Origin: Myxococcales bacterium
Lineage (GTDB): Bacteria; Myxococcota_A; UBA9042
DNA: 64,000 nt
Assembly (NCBI GenBank): GCA_947491025.1
Contig: CANLIC010000002.1
Coordinates: 197,123-261,122, forward strand
Direction of reading: 5' to 3'
The translations under genes and the position numbers were made by a program. Below the pieces are notes generated by a model. The model did not search any database. It saw only the letters and a program-made list of their open reading frames with translations, and was not told the origin of the DNA. The first letter of the stretch is position 1. Each line of letters begins with the position of its first letter. This document shows, in pieces, positions 34,355-43,099 of this stretch.

Positions 34355-35086
34355 CTACGACACCCCCTGGCCGACCAGTCCGAGCAGGATGGCCAAGGGC
34401 ATCGCGATGTTGCCGGCGCCAACCGCCAACCCGACGGCCGGCCCGAGCTTGTCGATGAGGGGCGCGTAGCGCGGCGTGCGCAGGCCCAGGGTCTGGAAGA
34501 TGCTCGACACGGCGTGGTGCAGGTGGAGCGCCAAGAAGACGTTGGCGACGATGTACGTGCCAGCAGCGATCGGGTTGCGGAAGCCCACGATCACCATGCC
34601 GTAGACGTCGTGCATCCCCCCGGGCAGGGTCCGAGCGTAGGCGGCTTGGTCGACGGCGCCAAACGTGAAGTGCGCGAGGTGGTAGAGCACGAAGAAGAGC
34701 AAGGCGAAGCCAGAGACGCGCATGTAGCTCGACGAGAAGGTCGAGACCTGCGTCGTGCGCACCCGGTAGTCCACGGGCCGGGCAGCGCGGTTCAGCTGCG
34801 TCAGGCGAATCGCGGCGTACACGTGCGCGACGAAGACCACGAGCAGGAAGATGCGCGCCACCCACAAGAGCCCGCCCAGGCTCTGCAGCGCGGCGGCGTA
34901 GCGGTTGAGCGGATGCACCCCGTCAGCGGGCATCGGCATAAACACCTGCAGATTCGCGACCATGTGCTGGGCGACGAAGCCAACCCAGATGAGGCCGGTC
35001 ACCGCCATCAGCAGCTTGAGGCCGATCGTACGCTGCAGCAGCGCCCCGAAGACGCCGGCTCCAGTTCCCGCGGTCGCTGTCGCCAT
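34355..35086 (-). CDS. sdhC: Succinate dehydrogenase cytochrome b subunit (single membrane anchor, type B / cytochrome b558-like).
   Basis: The track ORF extends to 35458, but its Arg-rich N-terminus overlaps mdh. The ATG at 35086 has a GGAGGG RBS upstream. The product is a 243-aa protein with 5 TM helices and conserved His residues ('FVAQHMV', 'VFVAHVYAAI', 'LYHLAHF', 'LALHLHHAV'). Confidence 0.75.
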   Translation of the reverse strand: MATATAGTGAGVFGALLQRTIGLKLLMAVTGLIWVGFVAQHMVANLQVFMPMPADGVHPLNRYAAALQSLGGLLWVARIFLLVVFVAHVYAAIRLTQLNRAARPVDYRVRTTQVSTFSSSYMRVSGFALLFFVLYHLAHFTFGAVDQAAYARTLPGGMHDVYGMVIVGFRNPIAAGTYIVANVFLALHLHHAVSSIFQTLGLRTPRYAPLIDKLGPAVGLAVGAGNIAMPLAILLGLVGQGVS

Positions 35087-35109
35087 CGCGCCCCCTCCGC
35101 CTTGCCCGA

Positions 35110-36102
35110 TCAACCGAGCAGATCTTTGACGACCTCGCGCTCCTGGACCAGCTCGGCGACGGTGGCGTCGATCTTGCCACGCGCGAAGTCCGAGACCGGC
35201 AGGCCCTGCACAATGCTGTAGCCACCCTTGCCGTCGCTGCGCAGCGGGAAGCTCGAGATCAGGCCCTTCTGCACGCCGTAGCTGCCGTCGCTGACCACGG
35301 CCGCCGAGAAGAAGCGGCCCGCGGGCGTGGCCTGCTCGAACGCTTTGACGTGGTCGATGGCGGCGCTGGCAGCGCTGGCTGCCGACGACTTGCCGCGGGC
35401 GGCGATGATCGCGGCGCCCCGCTGCTGCACGGTCTTGATAAACGGGCCGCGCAACCACTCGTGATCGCTGATGACTTCCGTGACGGGCTTGCCGCCGATC
35501 AAGGCGTTCTCGAAGTCCGGGTACTGCGTCGCGCTGTGGTTGCCCCAGATCGCGACGTTGCTGACATCGGCGTTGGTGACACCGGCCTTCTGCGCCAGCT
35601 GGGCGACGGCGCGGTTCTGGTCGAGCATCGTCATCGCCGTGAAGCGCTCCGCCGGCACGCCCGGGCAGTTGCTCGCGGCGATCAAGGCGTTGGTGTTGCA
35701 GGGGTTACCGACCACCAGCACCCGCAAATCTGCGGCGCCGCGGGCGAGCGCACGGCCCTGGCCCGTGAAGATCGGGCCGTTGTCGCGGATGAGGTCGTTG
35801 CGCTCCATGCCCGGCCCGCGCGGCTTGGCGCCCACCAACAGCGCCCAGCTCGCGCCCTCAAAGGCGACCTCTGGCGAACCGGTGCAGGTCACAGCTTGCA
35901 GCGTGTCGAAGCCGCAGTCATGCAGCTCCATCGCGATGCCCTCGAGGCCGCGCTGGACCTCTGGGACGTCGACATCGAGCAGCTTGAGGTGCACGGGGCG
36001 ATTGCCGAACGTCTCGCCGGACGCCAAGCGAAACAGCAGGCTGTAGCAAATCTGACCAGCGGCACCGGTGACTGCGACGACGATCGGCTTGGCAGACGAC
36101 AT
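35110..36102 (-). CDS. mdh: Malate dehydrogenase (NAD-dependent, LDH-like MDH2 clade).
   Basis: N-terminus 'IVVAVTGAAGQICYSLLFRLASGE', and 'GNPCNTNALIA', the characteristic GxPxNTNALI motif of cytoplasmic-type MDH. Confidence 0.9.
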   Translation of the reverse strand: MSSAKPIVVAVTGAAGQICYSLLFRLASGETFGNRPVHLKLLDVDVPEVQRGLEGIAMELHDCGFDTLQAVTCTGSPEVAFEGASWALLVGAKPRGPGMERNDLIRDNGPIFTGQGRALARGAADLRVLVVGNPCNTNALIAASNCPGVPAERFTAMTMLDQNRAVAQLAQKAGVTNADVSNVAIWGNHSATQYPDFENALIGGKPVTEVISDHEWLRGPFIKTVQQRGAAIIAARGKSSAASAASAAIDHVKAFEQATPAGRFFSAAVVSDGSYGVQKGLISSFPLRSDGKGGYSIVQGLPVSDFARGKIDATVAELVQEREVVKDLLG

Positions 36103-36401
36103 GGGTTGGGACTCCTTGGGCGGGGTGCGTGGCTGCGGCGCGATGCCGGGGCGTCGGCAGGTGAGTGGTGACGGCGCCCCGCTACGACGGGCTGACCACC
36201 GATGGGCTCACCACCGATGGACTCGGCCCCCCTTCGACGGGCCGAAGCTGGCGTCGATCGCCGCCTTGGCGGCGTGGCGAGAGGCGCCCGCAGGCCGTTC
36301 GGCGCGCCGTTCGCGCCGACCTCGGCGGCGAAACTCCACACCCGCACACCCGGCGTGTCAAGGTCGCCGCACGCAAGGGACGTCGCTGCAGCCGCTGGCG
36401 T

Positions 36402-36923
36402 CTATCCCACCGCGGGTGCCCCGTCTTCGGTGTCGGGCCCGTGGCCGTCCGTCTGCGCTTCCTTCGCCGCCAGAGCGAGGGCTTCGGCCCGGCCATAACG
36501 GCTGGCGTCAGCGGCGAGCAGTGCCGCGGCATCGCGCTCGGCTTGCGGGTTGCGCTCCTGACCGCGCAGAAAGATCTCCAGGCCCTGCGCCGTCACCGGC
36601 TCCCAATCGACGCCGGTAAAGGGGGCGCGAGGGCCGCGCACCAGGTAGCCATCGAAGAGCGAGCCGAGCAGATCGAGCAGGACGGCCTTGCGTTGCTCGT
36701 CGACGGCCTCGCTGCGCGTCCGGCGGGCGCGCGCCTCGACGTCGTAGCAAAAGGTGCCGTCCGCGCTGCGTACGCCAAGGGTCAGCGCCAACCAGTCGGC
36801 GTCGCGCGCGCCGGAGACGGCGAACGCCTCGCCCTCGCGCATGCGCCCGACGAAAAGCGCGTCGAGCATCCGTGCGATCCGCCGACCCTCCTCAAGGCCG
36901 AGCCAGCTGCGGCCTGCGATCAT
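36402..36923 (-). CDS. Hypothetical protein.
   Basis: Start trimmed to the internal ATG at 36923, since the upstream part of the track ORF is Arg/Pro-rich junk. No known motifs were recognised. Confidence 0.4.
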   Translation of the reverse strand: MIAGRSWLGLEEGRRIARMLDALFVGRMREGEAFAVSGARDADWLALTLGVRSADGTFCYDVEARARRTRSEAVDEQRKAVLLDLLGSLFDGYLVRGPRAPFTGVDWEPVTAQGLEIFLRGQERNPQAERDAAALLAADASRYGRAEALALAAKEAQTDGHGPDTEDGAPAVG

Positions 36924-37038
36924 GGCTGCTCCTCGCGCCCGCCCGGTCGTGCGTAGGCGGGGACGCCCTGCGCGCCCTGGGTCCGGCGCCGCCGTCCGAG
37001 GCCAGCAGCCTGTCGCTCGCACCGACCGCGCGCCTGGC

Positions 37039-37824
37039 TCAAAAGTCCCACCACAGGTCGACGTAGGGCAACGCAGGCAGAGTCCACTTGGCGGCGACGA
37101 CGGCTGGGTCTGGGCTCGAGATCGGTCGCAGGGCAAAGGCGCCCTTGGCGACGCCCAGCACCAGGTGGACGCCGCCGACCGTGAAGGCATAGGCCAGCGT
37201 CTGGGTCGAGCGGTCGACCCCGAACGCGTCGACGCGGACGTTGCTGGTCGCCAAAATCAGGTGCCGCTCGGCCATGAGCCACGTCGCCGTCGCGATCAGC
37301 TCGACGCCGCTGGAGAGCCCGTAGTCTGTAATCGTCGTCTTCTCATCGTCGGCCCCAGGGGCGGCGCCCGGGGCGGTGGTCACCGTCAAAGTGCGATCGA
37401 CGTTCCCCGAGTAACCAGCGCCAAGGGTCAGAGCGACGCGATCGGCCAGGTAGCGGGTGGCGAGGGCGCCGAGATGTAGCCCGCCGGCCACCCCGCTGGT
37501 GAAGGCCGGGTGGAAGCTCTGCTTGTAGCCGACATAGGCCGCGAGCACCCAAGTGTCGTCGCCGACGATTCGCACCCGCAGATCGAGGTTGGGCACCAGC
37601 AGAAGATTGAGCAGCGGGTGGCTCGACAGCGTCACGGAGTCGTTGACGCCGTACATGGCTGGCGCAAAGACACCCACGGTCATGCGGCCTTTCTCAAGCG
37701 TATCGGCCGTGCCACGGACGACGTCCTGGACACGCCGCCAAGCCTGCGCCGGCGACGCCGACAGGGCGATGGCGCAGGCCGCGATCGCGCCGAGAAGCGC
37801 GCGCTGAGGTCTACGAGCGATCAC
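37039..37824 (-). CDS. Putative outer-membrane beta-barrel protein.
   Basis: Signal peptide 'LLGAIAACAIALSASPAQA'. Alternating hydrophobic beta-strand pattern. C-terminal 'YVDLWWDF' ends in an aromatic residue, as is typical for OMPs. Confidence 0.55.
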   Translation of the reverse strand: MIARRPQRALLGAIAACAIALSASPAQAWRRVQDVVRGTADTLEKGRMTVGVFAPAMYGVNDSVTLSSHPLLNLLLVPNLDLRVRIVGDDTWVLAAYVGYKQSFHPAFTSGVAGGLHLGALATRYLADRVALTLGAGYSGNVDRTLTVTTAPGAAPGADDEKTTITDYGLSSGVELIATATWLMAERHLILATSNVRVDAFGVDRSTQTLAYAFTVGGVHLVLGVAKGAFALRPISSPDPAVVAAKWTLPALPYVDLWWDF

Positions 37825-38381
37825 GCCGCCCCGCCCTGCGCGCCCTGCCCCATCGCCGCCCCCCTCAGCCCAGGCCCACTGCGCACGCCCGCTCCGAGCC
37901 AGGAGCGGGCGGTCGCTGACGCGTGCAGCGGCATGCGAATCATGGCGCCTGCGTTCTCAAGGGTAGAGCGCAGGCCCAAGCGTGGCAAACTTCACGCTTG
38001 ACACCGCCGGTCGTCGTCCGTAGACACCGCGGCCCGCTCCGGAGCCTGCGCGTCACCGGGGTGGAGCCGGGGCAGCCGACCCACACCGGGCCGGCCAGCG
38101 ACGGCGGACCCCACGGGCGGCCCTCCGGTTGACGGTCGGCGAGCAGCCCGAGAGGGCGAGACGATTGACAACCCGGGCGAATCCCTCTACACAGCGCGTC
38201 CCGCCGCGACCCGGTGTGCCGCAAGGTGCACCGCCGAGGCGGGTGGGTGGACGGCCTGTGCGGCCGCACCCAAGACCGACACTCCTAGGCCGATTGTCGG
38301 TTGTTGCGTTTGGAATTCCGTGTCTTGTGCGACACCAGCTGTCCCCTCCGTGGGACGGCCCCATGGGTCGCGATCTTCGAC

Positions 38382-38457
38382 AGGCGCGTAGCTCAGTTGG
38401 TTAGAGCGCCACGTTGACATCGTGGAGGTCAGCGGTTCAACTCCGCTCGCGCCTACC
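38382..38457 (+). tRNA. tRNA-Val (anticodon GAC).
   Basis: Cloverleaf folded by eye: acceptor AGGCGCG/CGCGCCT, D-arm GCTCAGTTGGTTAGAGC, anticodon stem CCACG/CGTGG with loop TTGACAT, T-arm AGCGG-TTCAACT-CCGCT, discriminator A, then CC. Confidence 0.85.
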
Positions 38458-38653
38458 GTTGTTGCCTGTCCAACCTGCAAGCCTGCCGCGCTGGCCCCGC
38501 GTCGCAGGCTGCTGACCAGGAACTCCCCAACTCGCGCCGGGCGCGAATCGCTGGGGATCCCGCCGCCGGCACGCGCCGGAGTGTGGGGGCCCGAGTCCTC
38601 GGGTAGCTCCGTCGGTCCGTACACCGCGACATCTACGAGAGGTTCACTCCAGA

Positions 38654-39289
38654 ATGGCTTTCCGCCGACCGCCAGAAGAAGAGCGCCCCGATGCAGCCGC
38701 CGCGCGTGCTCGCGAGCCCCGCGTCAATCACCGCATTCGGGTGCCCGAAGTCCGGCTGATCGGAGTCGATGGCGAGCAGCTCGGCATCGTGGCCACCGAG
38801 GTCGCGCTCCGGATGGCGCAGACCGATGGCGTCGATCTGGTCGAGGTCGCTCCGACGGCTCGTCCGCCGGTCTGCCGTCTGATGGACTTCGGCAAGTTTA
38901 AGTACTTGCAGAAGAAGCGTCAGCAGGAAGCCAAGCGCTCCTCGACCCACATCGAGGTCAAAGAGGTCAAGTTCCGTCCCAAGACCGAGAAGCACGACTA
39001 CGAGACGAAGATGGCGCACGCGCGCCGCTTCATCGAGCAGGGGCATCGGCTCAAGGTGACGGTGATGTTCCGCGGCCGAGAGATGGCGTTCACGGACGCT
39101 TCTCGGATCAAGCTGGAGGAGATCGCCCGGCACCTTGCAGACGTCGCCGTCATGGACGTGGCGCCCAAGGTCGAGGGCCGGACCATGAGCATGATGATGA
39201 ACCCGAAGCGCGGCGCTGGTGCGGCGCCCGTAGCCGGCGCGCCAGGCACGGGCGGCAAGTCCGCCGGTGGCAACGAGGCGGACGCGTAA
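38654..39289 (+). CDS. infC: Translation initiation factor IF-3.
   Basis: 'RIRVPEVRLIGVDGEQLGIV ... GVDLVEVAPTARPPVCRLMDFGKFKY' aligns with the E. coli IF-3 core. The true start may be a non-ATG codon near the listed start. Confidence 0.85.
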   Translation: MAFRRPPEEERPDAAAARAREPRVNHRIRVPEVRLIGVDGEQLGIVATEVALRMAQTDGVDLVEVAPTARPPVCRLMDFGKFKYLQKKRQQEAKRSSTHIEVKEVKFRPKTEKHDYETKMAHARRFIEQGHRLKVTVMFRGREMAFTDASRIKLEEIARHLADVAVMDVAPKVEGRTMSMMMNPKRGAGAAPVAGAPGTGGKSAGGNEADA

Positions 39290-39442
39290 GGTTCGAGGGA
39301 GATGCGCTGCCGCAAGGCCGCCTCCCGGGAAGGATTCGCAGCACCAGAGGGTGCGACGGCTTGAGGCGCCGACGGACGCCGACAGCATGGACAGCACCGA
39401 CGCCGACAAGCGCCGGTCGCATCGACAGAGGGTGAGGGACCG

Positions 39443-39640
39443 ATGCCAAAGATGAAGACCCGCCGCTGCGCCGCCAAGCGGCTCAAGGTGCGCCCGAGTG
39501 GCAAGATCAAGTGCAAGCACGTCAACCGGCGCCACTTGCTCGAGTGCAAGGGCCGCAAGCGCAAGCGCCAGCTGCGGGGCACGACCTCGGTCAACGCTGT
39601 CGACGTCGGGCGCTTGGCGCACTGCCTGCCCTACGGCTGA
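39443..39640 (+). CDS. rpmI: 50S ribosomal protein L35.
   Basis: 'MPKMKTRRCAAKRLKVRPSGKIK' matches the L35 N-terminal consensus. Size 65 aa. Confidence 0.9.
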   Translation: MPKMKTRRCAAKRLKVRPSGKIKCKHVNRRHLLECKGRKRKRQLRGTTSVNAVDVGRLAHCLPYG

Positions 39641-39813
39641 GCCAGCTTGCTACGGAGGCCGCGCCGGACCGCCTAGGCCCGGCATGGCCAAGCCGTTGTC
39701 AGGCTTGATGATGCTCGCGCGACGGCGCGCTGGCAGAGAAGACATGAACTAGGGTCCTGGACCCGTGGCGAGCTGAGCGGTGGAGACCGCTTGGCTCCAA
39801 GAGAGAGGGTGCG

Positions 39814-40161
39814 ATGCGTGTCAAGAAGGGCTTCAAAGGCCACCGCCGCCACAAGAAGTTCCTCAAGATGGCCAAGGGCATGCGGGGAGCGCGTTCGCGC
39901 CTGTACCGCACGGCCCGCGAGCAGGTCCTGCGTGGCCTGAAGATCGCCTACAAGGAGCGCCGCCGTAAGAAGCGTACGTTCCGCGCGCTGTGGATCGTGC
40001 GTATCAACGCCGCTGCCCGTGCGCTCGGCGTGCGCTACTCCGAGCTGGTGCACGCACTCGGCAAGGCCGAAATCAGCCTCGACCGCAAAGTTCTTGCAGA
40101 AATGGCCGTAAAGGATCTAGACGGATTCCGCGCCGTGGTGGAAGCTGCGCGCGCGGCATAG
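39814..40161 (+). CDS. rplT: 50S ribosomal protein L20.
   Basis: 'MRVKKGFKGHRRHKKFLKMAKGMRGARSRLYRTAREQV' matches the L20 consensus. Confidence 0.95.
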   Translation: MRVKKGFKGHRRHKKFLKMAKGMRGARSRLYRTAREQVLRGLKIAYKERRRKKRTFRALWIVRINAAARALGVRYSELVHALGKAEISLDRKVLAEMAVKDLDGFRAVVEAARAA

Positions 40162-40192
40162 GCCGCTGAAACCACGTCCGAGTTCAACGAGA

Positions 40193-40216
40193 GCGCGCCG
40201 GTGAGGCGCCCTTTCC
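40193..40216 (+). terminator. Weak candidate intrinsic terminator after rplT.
   Basis: Hairpin GCGCC-GGTGA-GGCGC followed by CCTTTCC. The stem is short. Confidence 0.25.
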
Positions 40217-40322
40217 GCGACCGGGAACCCTGCCCTCCACGTGGGGGCGACAGATGGCAGCTGGCGCGAGGTCGCCAGGGCCCCAATAGGACGCCGCAGT
40301 GCCCTGCGGCCAGGAGGCAGTG

Positions 40323-40601
40323 ATGACGAAGGCCGATATCGTCGATGCGGTGTACGACCGCCTGGGTGGCTACAGCAAGCGCGACGCCGCGGAGCTCGTG
40401 GAGCTCGTGTTCCAGATCCTCAAGGACACCCTCGAGAAGGGTGAGAAGGTGAAGGTGTCGGGCTTCGGCAACTTCGTCGTCCGCGAGAAGAAGTCGCGCA
40501 TGGGCCGCAATCCGCAGACCGAGAAGCCGATTGAGATCAGCGCCCGCAAGGTCCTGACCTTCAAGCCTTCGCAGGTCCTCAAGTCGCAGCTCAACGGCTA
40601 G
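40323..40601 (+). CDS. ihfA: Integration host factor subunit alpha.
   Basis: 'MTKADIVDAVYDRLG ... GFGNFVVREKKSRMGRNPQTEKPIEISARKVLTFKPS' matches the IHF/HU fold. A strong AGGAGG RBS lies 7 nt upstream of the ATG at 40323. Confidence 0.85.
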   Translation: MTKADIVDAVYDRLGGYSKRDAAELVELVFQILKDTLEKGEKVKVSGFGNFVVREKKSRMGRNPQTEKPIEISARKVLTFKPSQVLKSQLNG

Positions 40602-41019
40602 GCGCCGCTGCCTTGGCTGCCAAGGCGCTGGCCCTGGTCGCAACTGACGACCCGCCGACCGACCGTCGCCCCACCGCGAGATCCAGCCATGGATCGCGGC
40701 GCAGCGACGGCCGGTCGGTGCGTTTTTGCGGAGATGTCGCGGAGTCGCCGGCGCGGACTTGCAACCGCGCGCTGTTCGACGGACGATCGCGTTGCCGCGC
40801 CGCATAGGTGCGATGAACGGCGGCCTACGCGTCGACGTCGGTCATGGTGGCGCTTCGGCGCCGCCGCCAGCGGGCGAGACCCGAGTCGGACGTGCGCCGC
40901 CGGGCACCGAGCCGGGGTGGGCCACGGACGTTGCGCGCCGGCGGCGCATCGGGGCGCGAGCCGGAATCCAGGCGGCGCGTGGCCGGCAGTCGATGCCAGG
41001 CAGGGGGACCGAGGCTTTG

Positions 41020-41598
41020 ATGGGCGAAGCGATGACGACCGAGCCGGGGGCGGCCCAAGAGGCCAGATCTGCGACGGCACCTCCGGGCAAAGCTCGACGC
41101 AGCGCCGTGGCGGCCAAGGGCACGGACGACGCGCCGGAGCGGGCGCTGTGGCGCATCGGCGAGGTCGCCGAGAAGCTGGGCGTTCCGACCCACGTCATTC
41201 GTTTCTGGCAGACGCAGTTCCCGGCCCTGCAGCCGGCGCGGACTGGCACTGGTCGCTTCATCTACACCTCGGCGCAAGTCGACCAGCTGCTGCGCATTCG
41301 CCAGCTCCTGCACGTCGAGCGGATGACGATCGCCGGCGCCAAGCGTGCGCTGCGCTCGGGCAAGGCGCGCGTGCTGCTGGCGTCCAGCGCGGCGGCGGCG
41401 CAAGACGAGTTCGCGGCAGAGCGTCGCGAGGTCGCGGCAGCACTCGGGGAAGTCGAAGCCTCGGCGCCAGAGGCGCGAAGGGCGCCGAACCAGGCCACGC
41501 CGGCAGTGGACCCGGAACGCCTTGAGTCGCTGAGGGGCCGCGCCCAGGCGCTGCGGCGCAGCCTCGAAGCGATGCGGGTCCAGATCGAAGAGGCCTGA
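41020..41598 (+). CDS. MerR-family transcriptional regulator.
   Basis: HTH 'WRIGEVAEKLGVPTHVIRFWQTQFPALQPARTGTGRFIYTSAQVDQLLRIRQLL'. The start was trimmed from the track's 40726 to the ATG at 41020. Confidence 0.7.
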   Translation: MGEAMTTEPGAAQEARSATAPPGKARRSAVAAKGTDDAPERALWRIGEVAEKLGVPTHVIRFWQTQFPALQPARTGTGRFIYTSAQVDQLLRIRQLLHVERMTIAGAKRALRSGKARVLLASSAAAAQDEFAAERREVAAALGEVEASAPEARRAPNQATPAVDPERLESLRGRAQALRRSLEAMRVQIEEA

Positions 41599-41675
41599 AG
41601 CGCCCCAACGCGCCTTGGCAGCCAAGGCGGCGCTCGCTGCGGCCCATCCGCGGGCGCAACCGGAGGAACCTGACG

Positions 41676-42533
41676 ATGGTGCATCGCCCACTGAGCCTGC
41701 AGCAGGCCCTGGAGCTCAAGCGCGCGCTCGGCGCCCGCGGCGTGCCCGTGGCGGGCGGCACCGACCTCATCGTCGGCATCCGCAAGGGCCGCCCTGCCCC
41801 GGCCGAGATGATCGACCTGAGTTTGGTTCCTGATCTCGATGGCATCGAGCGCGTCGGCGACCAGCTGCGAGTCGGTGCCCGGGTCAGCCACGCCCGCCTT
41901 GAGGTGATGGATCTCGGCGCCCTGGCCGCGGCCTGCGAGACGGTCGGCGGCCCGCAGATCCGCAACCTCGGCACCATCGGCGGCCAGCTCGGCACGGCGT
42001 CGCCCGCTGGCGACGTCTCGGTGGCGCTGGTCGCCCTCGACGCCACGGTCGAGCTCGCGTCGGTGGACGGCCGGCGGACGCTGCCGCTCTGCGACTTCTT
42101 CGTCGGGCCAGGCCGAACCGTGCTGCGCCCCGACGAGCTGGTGCTGGCGGTGACGGTCCCGCTGAATCGGCGGTCGGCCTTCTACAAGATCGGCAAGCGC
42201 GAGGCGGTGGCGATCTCGCTGCTCATGGCGGCCGTGTCGGTCGATGCCCATGGCCACGTCGCCATCGGCATTGGCTGCGCGGCGCCTGTGCCCATGCGGG
42301 CGCGCGACGCAGAAGCGTCCCTGCGAACGCACGGCTGGAGCGCCGAGAGCATCGACGCCGCGGCGGCGCTGGTGAGCGCGGAAGTGCGCCCGATCAGCGA
42401 TCACCGGGGCAGCGCCGACTATCGGCGGGCCATGGCCGGCGCGGTGGTGCGGCGGCTCTTGACGCAGCTCTGGCGCGAGGGCGCGCCAGCCGCGTCGCGA
42501 ATCGGCGCCGACGGCGCGAGGGGGACAGCATGA
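41676..42533 (+). CDS. Xanthine-dehydrogenase-family molybdoenzyme, FAD-binding subunit (CoxM/XdhB-like).
   Basis: 'LSLQQALELKRALGARGVPVAGGTDLIVGIRKGR' matches the FAD_binding_5 domain. It shares a 4-nt overlap with the next gene. Confidence 0.85.
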   Translation: MVHRPLSLQQALELKRALGARGVPVAGGTDLIVGIRKGRPAPAEMIDLSLVPDLDGIERVGDQLRVGARVSHARLEVMDLGALAAACETVGGPQIRNLGTIGGQLGTASPAGDVSVALVALDATVELASVDGRRTLPLCDFFVGPGRTVLRPDELVLAVTVPLNRRSAFYKIGKREAVAISLLMAAVSVDAHGHVAIGIGCAAPVPMRARDAEASLRTHGWSAESIDAAAALVSAEVRPISDHRGSADYRRAMAGAVVRRLLTQLWREGAPAASRIGADGARGTA

Positions 42534-43099
42534 AGCTGGTCGAGGACAACGGCGGCGGCGACGGCGCGCAGCGGGCAGCGCCCGGCGGGACCCCCTGGCA
42601 CTGCTCGCTCAACGGCCGCGAGGTGGCCACCGCCATCGATCCGCGCGAGACGCTCTACGACACGCTGCGCGAGCGCCTGCGCCTGACCGGTACCAAGGGT
42701 GCCTGCCTCGAAGGCGAGTGCGGCAGCTGCACGGTGCTGCTCGATGGCCTGCCGGTGACGAGCTGCCTGGTGCTGACCGTGCAAGCGGACGGGCGCCAGG
42801 TGACGACGATCGAGGGCCTGGCAGACGGTCCGAACCTGTCGATCTTGCAGGATGAGTTCGTGCGCGCTGGCGCGGTGCAGTGCGGCTACTGCACGCCGGG
42901 CCTCTTGGTCGCCGCGACGGCCCTGCTGCGTGACAATCCGACGCCGACCGCCGATCAGGTGCGCCGTGGGCTCGAGGGCAACCTCTGCCGCTGCACCGGC
43001 TACATGAAGATTGTCGACGCGGTGCTGGCGGCGGCGACGCGCCAGGGCGCGGCGGCGGGCGCCAGAAGGCCGCTGTCCGCGGTGGGAGGTGGCTCGTGA
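42530..43099 (+). CDS. Xanthine-dehydrogenase-family molybdoenzyme, [2Fe-2S] subunit (CoxS-like).
   Basis: 'CLEGECGSCTVLLDG' and 'CGYCTPG ... CRCTGY' give the two 2Fe-2S cluster motifs. Confidence 0.9.
   Translation: MKLVEDNGGGDGAQRAAPGGTPWHCSLNGREVATAIDPRETLYDTLRERLRLTGTKGACLEGECGSCTVLLDGLPVTSCLVLTVQADGRQVTTIEGLADGPNLSILQDEFVRAGAVQCGYCTPGLLVAATALLRDNPTPTADQVRRGLEGNLCRCTGYMKIVDAVLAAATRQGAAAGARRPLSAVGGGS

Noticed and set aside
34355-35458. Extended 367-aa version of sdhC.
   Set aside because: The extra 124 N-terminal codons overlap mdh and are Arg-rich. The internal ATG at 35086 has an RBS and yields a typical 5-TM cytochrome b subunit.
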